Positions 39,310 to 52,639 of a stretch of DNA of 64,000 bases are shown here, one piece after another; position 1 is the first letter of the stretch, and each line of letters begins with the position of its first letter. Origin of the DNA: Hypanus sabinus (taxonomy: Eukaryota). Where the stretch lies: the NCBI RefSeq assembly GCF_030144855.1, contig NC_082712.1, positions 141,918,001 through 141,982,000 of the forward strand, read 5' to 3'. Made by a program: the position numbers and the translations under genes. Below the pieces are notes generated by a model. It had not been told where the DNA came from. It did not search any database and worked only from the letters and a program-made list of their open reading frames with translations.

Positions 39310-39942
39310 CCCAGTGTATGTATCACAAAAAGTTAGCAGGCCAAGAAGTAGCTAAGAAGACAGTTGACATGTTGGCCTTGATTGCAAAGGGGTTGGAGTT
39401 TAAGAATAGGTTAGGTTTGTCACAGTTCTGCAGGGTGTTGGTGAGCAGCCAGGAGCAGTATATATTGTGTTGACCCCCTTACAAAGAAAATGATATAGTA
39501 GTATTAGTAGCAGTTCGAAGGAGATTCATCAGGCTAATTTGAGATGACTTCTGTAAAGAGAGGATCTAGAGTTTCAAACAGAGAAACAGAGAACCTACAG
39601 CATAATACGGGTCCTTCAGCCCACAATGTTGTGCCGAACATGTACTTACATTAGAAATTACCTAAGGTTACCCATAGCCTTCTATTTTACTATGCTCCAT
39701 GTAGCTATCCAAGAGTCTCTTAAAAACTTGCGTCTGTATTTCTTGGAATTTAGAAGAGTGAGGGATACCTTTATTCAAACAAAACCCTAAGAGGGCTTTA
39801 CAGGGTAGATGCTGAGATGTGGGAGAGTCACAAACAAAATGACACAGTTGCAGAGTGAGGTGTATAGAATCTTCTTCTCTCAGAGGACAGTGAATGTCCG
39901 GAATTCTCTTCCCCCATGATGGTAGGAGCCAGATTATTAAAT

Positions 39943-40925
39943 ATCAGAATCAGATTCAGGCTTATTATCACTGTCTTATATGATATAAAATTTGTTATTT
40001 TGCAGCAGCAGTACCCTGAAATAGATAAAATTACTATAAAGTACAAAATAAATAAATGTGAAAAAGGACCTAGTGCTTTCCTGGCATATATGATGAATAA
40101 ACTCTCCTCGTACTTCCAGCCAGGGAGAGGAACTGATTATAACCGACGTTTTGTTGACGGACTCTGCTATCTTCATCAGGGATGCTTCCCGGGTATATCT
40201 AGTCTAGTGGTAATCCTTCCCTTCTGATTGGTTAGTCCTCATCCAATCAGGTTTCCACTCTCCCACCTTGTTTACTATCGAATTCCAATTCTGATTTAGA
40301 GCGAGACCCTTTGTCTTTGTTAAAATTCTTTTCCTTTAGTTTTATTTCAATGACTTCCTTTGCCAGGTGGTCCCAAAAGGCATTGGTGCAACACAGTAGT
40401 TGTGTGCCATTGAAGACATTGCGAATGCAGTGTTCAGCTACTGCCAATTTTCTCCGGGTAACCCAAATGGATACACCTCCCATGCTCCTTGTTGTGGATT
40501 TCCACTGTGCATTTCATCTGGCTGAGATACGCTGCTCCACATTCACAGGAAATTTAGTAAATGCCGGCGGACCTGAGTCCCAAGTCACCTAGCCGCATAA
40601 TCTGTGACTTAAGTTTGCAAAAATCTTTGGTGACATGCCAAATCTCCCCAAATTCTTAATGAAGTAGAGCCACTGGAGTGCCTTCTTTGTGAATGCATCG
40701 ATGTACTGGCTGGCCCAGGACAGATCCTCTGAGACGTTGACACCCTGGAACTTGAAGCTGCTCACCTTTTCCTCGACTAACCCCTCAGCGAGGACTGGAA
40801 CGTTCTCTCATCTTCTCCTTTTTGAAGTCTATAAATCAATTCCTTGATCTGGCTGATGTTAAGTTTGAGTTTACTGCTGTCATACCACTCAACCAGCTGA
40901 TTAATCTCACTCATGTATGCCTCCT
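39943..40925 (-). mobile_element. Rex1/Babar-like LINE 3' fragment interrupted by Penelope
   Basis: (ctgatt)n tail; VSSFKFQGVNVSEDLSW motif on the minus strand. Confidence 0.65.
40065..40592 (-). mobile_element. Penelope-like element 3' end: GIY-YIG endonuclease relic plus terminal repeat with hammerhead motif
   Basis: GIY*ISCECGAAYLSQ, KEH, AVAEHC and EVIEIK...NFNKDKG. Downstream: ccctgatgaagatagcagagtccgtcaacaaaacgtcggtt (40141-40183). Confidence 0.85.
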
Positions 40926-41469
40926 AAAGAGGTGACAGAAAAGCAAGACTGAGGAATTGAAGGTTGTAAGGAACTAGCACGGAGTAAGGTTTGAGGCCAG
41001 CATAATTCAGCCATGATCATATTGAATGGCATAATATGCTTGAGGGATTTGATGACCTACTCCTAGTTTCTAGGTTGTTATGGACCATCTGTTTAAGTGC
41101 ACTCTAACCCACAAAATCACCAGGGTGTTATCTAAAAGAAGGTGAGTTTATCATACAAGCAATTATGCTGAAATAGCTTCCTTTTTTACTCTATCATTCA
41201 ATGAAAGAATAGAATTTCATGGAACTTCATATAATTTTGATCTAATTACAGGCCATTATCATACATCCTGCATTACAACCTAAACTCTTTGGCAAAAAAG
41301 AAATTCCCAAATGACTTATCTTGTAAGTTACAATGAAATTTGCACAGATTTTTGCCATCAACAAACAATTCTAAAATATTCCGAGACTCGCGTTAGCATC
41401 TAACGGATAAGGAGTATAGTGATATATTATAATATATTATATAATATCGTGAAAGGACAATAAGGAACC

Positions 41470-43073
41470 AGTGATGAGGACCTTAACATTGGATGGGGGA
41501 TCTGTGCCGACATACAGAACCTGAGGTGAGGTGTGTACTCAATGCTTGCAGAAGAGCAGGGCCAGACATCATATCCTGATGGGTCTTCAGGGACTGCGCC
41601 AACCAGCTGCCGGAAGTTCTGATGGGCATTTGCAACCTTTTGCTGTCCCAGGCATGGCTTCCGGCATGCTTCAAAGCAGTAACATTAGCAGTAGCAGTAG
41701 TATACCAATTCCCAGGACGTCAGTGGCAACATGTCTTAATGACTAGACTGGCGGTACTCACTCCCATAGATGACAAGTACTTGAAAAGATTGGCCATGTC
41801 CCAAATCAAGGGCGTAATCCCGGATCCCTCAGACCAGCACCAATTAGCCTATAAAGCGAATAGATCAACTAAAGACACCATTCCTATTGCCCTTCACAGT
41901 GTCTTGAAACACCTGTAGCACAAAGATACCTTCATCAGGATGCTTTTCATTCATTACAGCTCGACCTTTAACACTGCACTACCAAACAAGCTGACTGTCG
42001 AGCTCCACAATTTAGGTCTCAGCACATCAGCCTGTAACTGGATCCTGTATTTCCTCATTAATCATACACTGACCCTGAAACTAGGCAAGTTTCACCATCA
42101 ACCCATGACTCTGAACACCGGTGCACCGCAGGGGTGTGTACTGAGCCCTCTTCTCTACTCTCTCTTCACTTATCACTATACTCCTGCTCTTGCTACAAAT
42201 TCAGCCATCAAATTGCAGATGACACAACTGTGGTTGACTTAGTCACAGCCAGTGACAATAACGATATAGAAAGAAGGTGCTGAAACTGTCCAATTGGTGC
42301 AGGAACCACAGCCCATCGCTCAAAATCACAAGAACAAAAGAAATGATAATTGACTTCAGGAAGACAAGAGGTCCCAAATATGCCCGACTATTCATAAATG
42401 GTGAGGTAATGAAAAGGGTTCCCAGCTTCAAGTTTTTGGGGATGAACATTACCAAGGAGCTCTCTTGGCCCATCAACACAACCTTGATAGTAGGGAAGGC
42501 ACAACAATGGCCATAATGCCAGAGGTGCTTAAGGAGAGCTAATTTACCTCAAAAATTGCTGGCCAACTTTAACTGATTAGTGGTGGAGAGCATATTGACA
42601 TACAGAATGACAGTGTGGTACTCCAACCACAGCAAGACAGATCACAAAGCACTCCAACGGGTCAGTAGGATGGTTCATCACATCACTGGGACTCAACATT
42701 TGGACCTGAAGACAATCTACAACCCTCAAGGCCAACTCCATGTTCATAACATCATTAAAGGTCCATCCCATCCTGGACATGGTCTGTTCAATCTCCTGCC
42801 ATCTGGTAGGAGAAACGGAAACTCCTTAGCTAAGATGGTAAGACTGAAAAACAGCTTCTTCCTGAGGGCTGTTGTGCAGCTGAATAATGCTACACACCCC
42901 GGCTTGCCAATGGCTTTCGAATGTTATGGACAATCAAAGTCACATGTTATAAGTAAATATGGGAATTTTAAAAATTAATTTATATGGTATGCAGTGCAAA
43001 TATCTGTTTTGCATGGACTGGAGTAGCACCACAATCTTCTTGCCTTGAGCAATGGCAATAAAGTTTTATTCTA
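41470..43073 (+). mobile_element. Rex1/Babar-clade LINE, RT region and 3' end, degenerate
   Basis: QLAYKANRST, MLFIHYSSTFNT, GAPQGCVLSPLLYSLFT, TKEMIIDFRK and LPSGRR..RLKNSFF. Confidence 0.85.
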
Positions 43074-43100
43074 ATGGAAAACAAATAAAGGGTAAAATAA

Positions 43101-44317
43101 ACAGACAATAGACAGTAGGTGCAGGAGTAGGCCATTCGGCCCTTCTAGCCAGCACCGCCATTCACTGTGATCGTGGCTGATCGTACACAATCAGTACCCC
43201 GTTCCCGCCCTCTCCCCATATCCCTTGACCCCGCTATCTATAAGAGCTCTATCTAACTCTCTCTTGAATGCATCCAGAGACTTGGCCTCCACTGCCTTCT
43301 GGGGCAGAGCATTCCACATATCCACCACTCTCTGGGTGAAAAAGTTTTTCCACATCTCCGTTCTAACTAGCCTACCCCTTATTCTTAAACTGTGGCCTCT
43401 AGTTCTGGACTCACCCATCAGCGGGAACATGCTTCCTGCCTCCAGTGTGTCCAATCCCTTAATAATCGTAAATGTTTCAATCAGATCCCCTCTCATCCTT
43501 CTAAATTCCTGTGTATATAAGCCCATTTACTCCAATCTTTCAACATATGACAGACCCGCTATTCCGGGAATTAACCTTGTGAACCTACGCTGCACTCCCT
43601 CAATAGCAAGAATGTCCTTCCTCAAATTTGGAGACCAAAACTGCACACAATACTCCAGGTGGGGTCTTACCAGGGGCCTGTATAGCTGTAGAAGGACCTC
43701 TTTACTCCTATACTCAATTTCTCTTGTTATAAGGGTCAACATGCCATTAGGTTTCTTCACTGCCTGCTGTACCTGCTTGCTTGCTTTCATTGACTGATGT
43801 ACAAGAACACCTAGATCTCATTGTACTTCCCCTTTTCCTAACGACTCCATTTAGATAGTAATCTGCCTTCCTGTTCTTGCCACCAAAGTGGATAACCTCA
43901 CATTTATCCACATTAAACTGCATCTGCCATACATTTGCCCACTTACCCAACCTGTCCAAGTCACCCTGCATTCTCATAACATTCTCCTGACATTTCACAC
44001 TGCCACCCAGCTTTGTGTCATTGGCAAATTTGCTAATGTTACTTTTAATCCCTTCATCTAAATCATTAATGTATATTGTAAACAACTGCAGTCCCAGCAG
44101 CGAACCTTGCGGTACCCCACTGGTCACAGCCTGTCATTCCGAAAGGGACCCGTTAATCACTACTCTGTTTCCTGTCAGCCAGCCAATTTTCAATCCATGT
44201 CAGTACTCTGCCTCCAATACCATGTGCCCTAATTTTGCCCACTAATCTCCTATGTGGGACTTTATCAAAAGCTTTCTGGAAGTCCAGTTATACTACATCC
44301 ACTGGCTCTCCCTTGTC
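43101..44317 (-). mobile_element. Young CR1 3' fragment, nearly identical to 22760-23975
   Basis: ORFs 43191-44127 match element C almost residue for residue; same ctattgt tail. Confidence 0.93.
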
Positions 44318-45312
44318 CAGTAATCAGCTTAGCTTATTGAGCCTGTGGGAAGCATAGAGGTTACACCAAGTTCTTTTGTATACAAGAATTAAAAGTTTGA
44401 AACTATAACACTATCCTTTAAAAAGATTAAGATCACTGATTTAAGGTTAGCCATTATTTCACACTTCGATTTCAGAAGCTGTAAGAACAAACAAGTGATG
44501 TTTAATGGAGATTTTTTCAGTGTTTTGTTTTGAGTACCTCTACTCAGAATAACCTATACATGACTGTGAATGTCAAGAACTACTTCATCAGTATACTTTT
44601 CTGGAACTCATTTTATGGTCCCAGTTTGTGGTACTTGCAGTTGATTGAAGCCGACATGACTATTTTTCAAGAGCTTATCTTGTGTACTTCTGGAAGCTTC
44701 ACTATTTCAAAAGTCCAGTTCCTGGTTGCTAATCAGATTTTGTTTGGAAGCAATGATGCCAATAACATCTATGGGCCAATATAATAGATGACTAATAAAA
44801 CATACAGTACATCCCTAACAGTGAACTCTTGGGTCAATATTAATTCCTCATATTAGATATATTGCTTCCTTTTGTGGAGAAACTGGGACCTTTCAATCAC
44901 AAGTGGATGGAACAGGGGACAAGTGATGGAACAGCACACAGCACAACATCGAGTCCTGCATCTGAAGTTGAGCAAATAAGAAACCATTCATTGAATTCTT
45001 TCTAGATTCTGCCTGATTGATATGCCTTTTTTGCTGCCAGAGAAGCCAACCCAGCAGTTCACCATATAGTAATATTTCTATGGAATATAAAAGAAAGTTG
45101 ATGTGCTTTGGGACATGATGCAATTAAAGGAGCACACAAGATCATAAAGTGCATGAGTGGTGCTAGAGTTATGGGGAGCTTGAGTCATGGTACAACCTGT
45201 AACATATATATAAGGCTTTTTTCTTTGCAATCTGTAGCATTTTAATGTTTCTAATAATACTTTTTGTCCAGGCAAAAAGATTTATTTTCATTATAAAATG
45301 CTGCACATATGT

Positions 45313-45649
45313 TGGGTGATGGGGTGGAGATACGATTCTACCACAGAGCAAGGGCTCCTTCTTTCTGCTAGCCTACGGGTCACCCTTGGGCAAGGTGTTA
45401 CACCTGCTTAGCCCCTCGCTCCGGGTCACAGGGATCCATGGGAGCAGGTGGTGGATGGGCATATGATCAGCTGGAGCACATCACAAGTCCTGCTTATGTG
45501 ACCACTGACCCCAGGCAGACAGTCTCTGAAGAATATTGATAATGCTGCCCAGAAGGCGGCAATGGCTAATCAGTTCTGCAGAAGTAAATTGCCAAGAACA
45601 TTCCCATGGTCATGATCAAATGACATGGAACATAACAAACGAATGAACC
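45313..45649 (+). mobile_element. RTE-derived short non-autonomous element
   Basis: 7-bp TSD catatgt (45306-45312 / 45650-45656). The 3' part gaaggcggcaatggctaa...ttgcc...cccatgg resembles the Bov-A/RTE segment. Confidence 0.65.
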
Positions 45650-47566
45650 CATATGTATTCTTTAAAAAAATAAAGTATTTCTTGAGAACAAGACTTTTCA
45701 TTGTATGCCAATGCTTCTGACATGGCTGTCATAATTGTCCATTCCTGGTTATTCCTGAGAAGGTAAAATGGATCCAGGTAGGATGGTGTGAGATTTTTAG
45801 CAGAAGATTGTTATGATCATTTTCCCTGTTCCCCTGATACCACAGACTTTCCAGGACTGAAGTGCAGGCTTCTGAGAGGGGTTCCTGAAGAGACTTGTTA
45901 ATAATATAGGACTTGGGGTCATGCCATTAAGTATCAAAAGATGCTTATGTTCTTTCTTGTTGGAATTATTAATTGCCCAGCACTTCAGTGGTGTGAATGT
46001 TACTTACACAAGCCCCAGCATTTTCCACTACATACAGTATATGGAACCAGACTACTCCATGTTACGACCATGAGAACAGCGTATGACTCACAATTCTGGC
46101 CTCACCCTGATCCAGCACCGAAATCTGGTTGAGACCTTGGGCACAGCTTTGAGGAAAGCTGTTATGAGGCTGAGATGATTGGTTTCAAAATATTGCTAAT
46201 ATCTTTCTTTGGGCTAGGTACACCTGCAGACAATGAAAAGGTTTCTCCGATATAAACTTGTACAATTTTAATAAGGTTCCTTGGTGCTTTCCCATCCCCG
46301 TGGACTTGCTACTTTGAATTTACACACACCCTGGGGCTAAACAGATGAAAAGTGATACAGAACAGTGAGCATACATGGAAGAAATGATACATTTACTTGT
46401 ATTATTTTGGTGTCAGGCAGAATTGCTTAGACAGCTTTACAATTTAAAAATCTATTATCACACTTCTCTGTTGAAAATTACAGAATATTTTCTGAAGAGC
46501 ACCTTTTTGTTTGGCAAGTTAGTACTGTGCTTCACCCATCCTTTGGATCAGTCGGGTTTACTTAACTGCTTTAATGTTTTACTTTTAGTTACATATATGA
46601 TACTAATTGATACAGCTATCATTTATTATAAATAGCAATTAAAACAACAGAGTTCCGTCAACTAGTTGCAATGCAGCGTGCAGTAAGCCTTAAAGCAGTT
46701 CTATATACATTTATGGGCATCTTTGAAGAATAATACCAGCCTATTTACTGCAAAACCCCCTTTGTTAAAATTTTGCAGTGACCTATTTATATGGTTTTGC
46801 AAAATCAAGGAGGATAAAGCAAATTTGTGGATATATTGCCCTAACCAGGGCAACTGAAATTGGGATGACAATAACTGATTTATCTACAGCCGTTAACTGC
46901 AACATACCAATTTCATTTTGGCCATGGAATCAATGGTTAAACATATCATTCATGAATCAGTACCATGAGTGGTAACAGTCAGCAAAAGTTAGTCTGATGA
47001 TGTAAAATCAGCCCTGCAGCTGGGATGGGGATTGACAACTGTTCTATGCCTGAACTGGTCCTGGAAAGCACACTGCACCAGGAAGTGGAGTCTGACTGAG
47101 ATCAGAATTTCAGACACTTTTGGCGGTACAAAAACATATATTGTTTATATGAAAACTAATTGATTTTTGTTTGGGCGTGAGCATCTTAATCATCATAAAG
47201 GTATTGCATTTGAATTACAACACACAACAAGCCTGTATTAATCCCGTAATCTATTTTGTTAGTGCAAAACTAGCAGATTTTCCATACTATTAAATGTTAT
47301 TCCTTACTAATACTCCAAAACAATCCAATTACCTTTGTTTAGATGTTACAGAGTCAACTAATATACTTCCATATAATTTTAAAGAGATGAAGGTGAGTTA
47401 CAAGGTAGCCTAGGAGCTGAGGCCTTGGTGGATGGGAAGTAGAGTTTGAATCAGGATCTCAGTGTGTTGAAAAGTGCAGGAACCAAGGCTCCAGTGCATT
47501 AATGGGATGTGGAACCAGGACTCCAGTATCTTAAAGGGAGCACAAGAGCCAGCACCCTGTGAGCCC

Positions 47567-50180
47567 GATCAGAATTATGTTTATTATCACTGACTTATAT
47601 GACATGAATGTTGTTGTTTTGTGGCAGCAGTACAGTGCAAAGGCATAAAATAACTATAAATTACAGAACAAATAAATGGGAAAAAAATAATGTGGTCAAG
47701 GGTGATCCTGTGCATTAGATAGTCCATACCAGGCTATGATGCAACCAGTCCAAAAGCTCTCCACTAGACGTATATAGAAACTACAAGTGCCTTTGGTGAT
47801 GTACTCAATTTTGGCAAACTCTTAATGAAGTTAGAGATGCTGGCATGTTCTTTTTCCTGATTTTGTCAATGTGTTGACAAGATAGACTCCCCAAAATGTT
47901 ACCACCCAGAAACATGAAGCTGCTCACCCTTTCCACCACTGAACCCTCAATGAGGTCTGGAACATGCTCTCCTGACTTCTTGATGCGACAATCAGTTCCT
48001 TGGTCTTGCTGATGCTGACTGCAAATCTGTTAACAACACCACTATCCAGGCTATATCACTCCTGTTACAAACTGGTGTTGCCATCTTAGATTTTATCATC
48101 AACCAATTAGAGATGGTGTTTGAACTGTGCTTAGCCAATAAAGACACTAAATGTCTGATTAGCAGACATTTCAGGGTTGAGAGGTTGAAAATGTCCTTGA
48201 ACATTACAGCCAGTTTGTTGGCCCAGGTTTCTGTACCCTGCCAGGTAAACCATTTGGGTCTGATATCTTCTGGGGGCTTTGCCTTCTAGAACAGGGGGTC
48301 ACAACTTTTTATATGCCATGGAACAATACTATCAATCAAGGGGTTCTGTGGACCCCAGTTTGAGAACCCCTGCTCTAGAATGGTGTTCTGATGTTAGTCT
48401 CCTAGACAGAGATCAGAGGGTCACCAGATGACACTGAGTTTGCAGAGATGTAAAGTTATTCTCATTTTCAAAACATGTATAAAGGACATTGAGTTCATAA
48501 GAGAGGAAAGTATCACTGCTACTTATATCATAAGATTTTGTCATGGGATGTAATGGCATACAGACTTTGTCACAGCCATCATGCATTTAATTGTGTCTTT
48601 AATTTCATTCAAAGTTGCCTTTTCACTCCCACAATGGATTTCTGTAGGTCATATCTAGACTTAGACTGTAAGACCGCAAGTCTTAAGAGCAGAATAAAGC
48701 CATTTGTTCCATTGAGTCTGTTCAGCCATTCCATCTTGTCTTGTTTATTATCCCTCTGTACCCCATTCTCCTGTCTTCTCCCCATAGATGTTGAAACTCT
48801 TATGAATCAAGAATCTATCATCCTCAATTTTAAATATACCCAAAGACTTGGCCTTCACATCAGTCTGTGGCAATGAATTCCATAGAATCACCACCCACTG
48901 ACTAAAAAAATTCCTCCTGTTCAAAACAGACATCTTTCCATTCTAAGGTTATGCCCTCTGGTCATGGACTCCCCCACTATAGGAAACATCCTCTCCACAT
49001 ACACTCTATCCAGGCCTTCCAATATTGATAGGTTTCAGAGAGATCACCTCTCATTCTTCTAAACTCCAGTGAGTACTGGCCCACAGGCATCGAACACTCC
49101 TAGTGTATTAACCATTTTATTCCCTGGCCCAATCTCATGAACCTCCTCTCAATTCACTCCAATGCCAGTACATTCTTTCTTAGATAAACGGCCCAGAACT
49201 GCTCAAGATATTTCAAGTGCAGTCTGGCCAGTCCCTAATAAAGCCTCAGCATTAAATTCTTGCTTTTATTTTCGAGTCCTCCCAAAATGAATGCTAAAAT
49301 TGCATTTGCCTTCTTTACTACTGACTCAACCTGTAAGTTAACCCTTAGGGAATGCTGCATAAGGACCCCCAAGTGCCATTGCACCTGAGATTTCTGAATC
49401 TTCTCCTCACTTAGAAAATATTCAATGCCTTAATTTGTTCTACCAAAGTACATGACCATACACTTCCCTACTCTGTATTCCATCGGCTAATTCTTTTACC
49501 ATTTTCCAAATTTGTCTGTGTCCCTCTGCTGACTCCCTCCACACTCACTGCCCTTTCACCTATCTTTGTGTCATCAGAAAACTTGCCATAAAACCATCAA
49601 TTCCATCATCCAACTCATTGACATATAACATGAAAGGAAGCAGTCCCAATACCGACCCCTATGGAACACCACTAGTCACTGGCAGTCAACAAAGAAAGGC
49701 CTCCTTTATTGCCACTCTTTGCCTCCTGACAGTCAGCCAATCTTCTCTCCATACTAGTATCTTTCCTGAAATACCATGTGCTCTTATCTGGTTTAGAAGC
49801 CTTAAGTGTGGCACCTTCTCAAAGGCCTTCTGAAAAATCCAAGTTCACAACATCCATTGATTCTCCTTTGTCTATCCTATGTGTTATTTCCTCAGAGAAC
49901 TCCTACAGATTTGTCGGGCAAGATTTCCCCTAAAGAAAACCATGTTAACTTCGTCTTACTTTATCATGTGCTTCCTTGTGGGAGGGTCTTGAATGCCACA
50001 GATGTAGGCATTAGTATGAATCTAATGGTTCATCCAGGGCTTCTGTTTGAGGAAAACTCAGAATGCTTTCAAAGCACACATTCATCCATGCAGTCTTGAT
50101 GAAGTCAGTAAAGGCCACAGTGTATTCATTCAGATCCAAAGATGAATCCCTGAATATAGTCCTGAACATGATGCTAAAAC
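47567..50180 (-). mobile_element. Old Rex1-like LINE relic containing a hAT MITE and a minus-strand CR1 (~48670-49975)
   Basis: Rex-type tail and VSSFMFLG motif; CR1 RT and 3' UTR motifs in the nested part. Confidence 0.6.
48292..48372. mobile_element. 81-bp hAT (Charlie-like) MITE
   Basis: TIRs CAGGGG...CCCCTG; 8-bp TSD ttctagaa / ctctagaa, matching the NTCTAGAN target. Confidence 0.85.
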
Positions 50181-50541
50181 ATTTTGGATTTCTGTATAGT
50201 AGGATGGTGGATTATTAGTATTTTATTTTAGCACATGTTCATCAGGTATCAATAAACATTCAACTTATTGGACAATCCTCACCTCTGATGAGACATTGGA
50301 GGTATGAAGGTACACAGGTTGTCACAATTCAGGCCACAGTTTCAGGCTCTTTGCCACAGACTCTCTGCTTCTCTCATTTCATGAAAGATTGTCAGATTTT
50401 GATACGTGTTTGTGTTATCTAGTTATTCAATTTAGGAATAACAACTGTTATTAAAAAGCCATAAAAATCACATTTGTCTAAACTGGATATCCCAGCAAAC
50501 AGCTGGATGTAAGGTGGGTTAATTCCTGCTTTGATACTGCC

Positions 50542-50638
50542 TGTGTCTCTGATGGAAGGTCTTGACCCAAAACATTGAGTTCTCCCAATAGCTTGCTTTT
50601 TTTGATCCCAATTCCAACAACTGTAGAATCTTGTGTCT
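50542..50638 (+). mobile_element. Degenerate member of the hammerhead-bearing short element family
   Basis: ctgatggaaggtcttgacccaaaacattgag...attccaacaactgtagaatcttgtgtct. Confidence 0.55.
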
Positions 50639-52639
50639 CCTTTTGTGCTGTCCACACTTAATATTGAATTCAGTATGAAGATCACACTTGTTTAACATTT
50701 CGTAAGGTGATCAGTTGTCCAAGTATATTAAGCTCGTTCACATTGTAGGCCTTTTGCACTGGCATCTGATCAAGATATTTTTGGGATATCCTTTGTCTTG
50801 ATATTTCATCCTTAAGTTCCCATACCAGTTCAAGTGTAGTTTGCAGTAAAGAATGTTTACTGCAATGTTACCAGGTTTTAGGACATGTCTAAAGGGAGAA
50901 GAGTGTGTTCCTGAACTATCAATTCCCTCCCAAAGTAAGATACGTTTTGACTGAGATAATCAAAAATAGATCACAGGATCTGTATTTTATTTTAAGTTAA
51001 AAATAGCACTCATCAATAAAGTGCTACTTTAATGTAAGAAATTGTTTTGATGAACTCATTCAAAATCTGGTGTAAGGGGTTATGAGTGACTTGGTTTGAA
51101 GTGAAATGTAGTGTACTGCAGGGAGAAGGCTTATTCTCAATACAAAGTTGTTTCCTTTAAATGATGTGAAGGAAAGCCATGGCCAAGGTATGTGGGGAAG
51201 GGTGGAAACTGAGTCTGCCCTTTCCTCCATCAATATGGCATGCCAATAAAATTTGACAACAATCCTAACATTATCTTGTTAATCTCAGTGATGAGAAGGA
51301 ACAATAATAACTATTGAAAAATGGTAAAATGCTGGACCTCTATGAATGGCATTAGGTATTGGGATAGATTCTGAAAGGAAGCAATGTTTAAAGAATTAGA
51401 AAACTGAATTTCAGTATTTTTAGTGCTAAATTACAAATTTCAAAAAAAATCATTTTACATGCCAACAATACAAATGTGAATGATTCTCATTACTGCCAGT
51501 AAGTAATTTTAATTCATTAAAATTAGAGAAAACTGAGAGGCAACCCAATAGACATTATGTAAGAGCATGATAAGGTAAGAATGCAGAAGATCTTTCTACT
51601 TTCAAAACAGTCAAGAAGTTGAGGAAAATAGCACAGATAGGCTTAATGGTAAGTATATAGAACAGAAAAGAATGGGAGGAGATATTTATGGAAATTCGAT
51701 GAACAAGCAACTGGAGGCTTCTTAAGCAGAACACAAGCACAAGCATGTAGCAGTTGGGCAAAATGCTCTATTTCTATGCCCAAGGTACTTCATAAACTTA
51801 AAATGTGCTGGTTCCATTCAGCAGGGCAAAGGCAGTACAAAATGTATGAAAGTAATGCTTTGGACCGAATGCATTTCAAACTAAACCCTTTCACCAGCTG
51901 GATTTAAAGAGTCCAGTTTACCTTACCCATTAACATGCTGGCAGTCAGCTCATTCTGCACGACTACTGCTTCTCTGGGGTTTTATTTGCAATACAAATTA
52001 TTTAATTCCATTTCATTTTTATTTTATTTTTGGATGGCATGGACCCCTGAATACCTCAATCACAGAGCCCCACATAGGTGTGAAACACCATCAACTGCAC
52101 AGAATGAGGTTCAGACACAAATCCAGGTTAATGGTGTCTGGAAGGGATTTTGCACCGACCTAGAGAGATGATTCTGCTGTTGAAGAGGCTGAAACTCCCC
52201 ATGCAGATCAGAGGCAATTCAGATTAAATCTAAATTAAAAATTCCCAGGACCCTTTTGCAATTTGAAAGCACATTTTCTAACACTGAATCCATAGAAGTG
52301 AATAAGTCAAAGAAAAAAAAAGCTGCCTTGTTTATTTCACAATACTGGGTCTCCCAGGTCTCACTGATCTTTTTGGTGAGTTTGATGAAGAGCTCTGCAA
52401 AGAGAGACATGATCTGCATATTAATTTGTTGAACCAAATCTGTTTTGGGAACTCAGAAGCTCGGGTTTTAACAGGAGGGAGACAGGGAAAGGAGTGGCAA
52501 TGGTGACTCAGCATTAGGGGTAGGGCCATTTTTCACCCCTCGGTTCTCTGGAGATCTCCAATCATGGCTCCTTCCTTGGAGCCATGTGAGTAATGTCAAA
52601 GCCAGCACACTGGAAGTGGAAGGCGATCTGCAGCAATCA

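Larger units (their letters stand above)
38810..41075 (+). mobile_element. Old CR1 3' region hosting a SINE, a CR1 tail, a Rex1-like fragment and a Penelope fragment
   Basis: CR1 motifs (QDTDRLSD, EFRRVR, 3' UTR agccatgatcatattgaatggc) run collinearly across the inserts. Confidence 0.6.

Noticed and set aside
41421-41448. AT-rich near-palindrome
   Set aside because: Low-complexity (TA)-rich sequence.
21817-43797. Long antisense ORFs (21817-22419, 43225-43797 and similar)
   Set aside because: Opposite-strand shadows of CR1 ORF2.
44769-44805. Intron defined by a gtatgt donor at 44805
   Set aside because: Only 37 nt, too short; the true end of the exon starting at 45077 is left undetermined.
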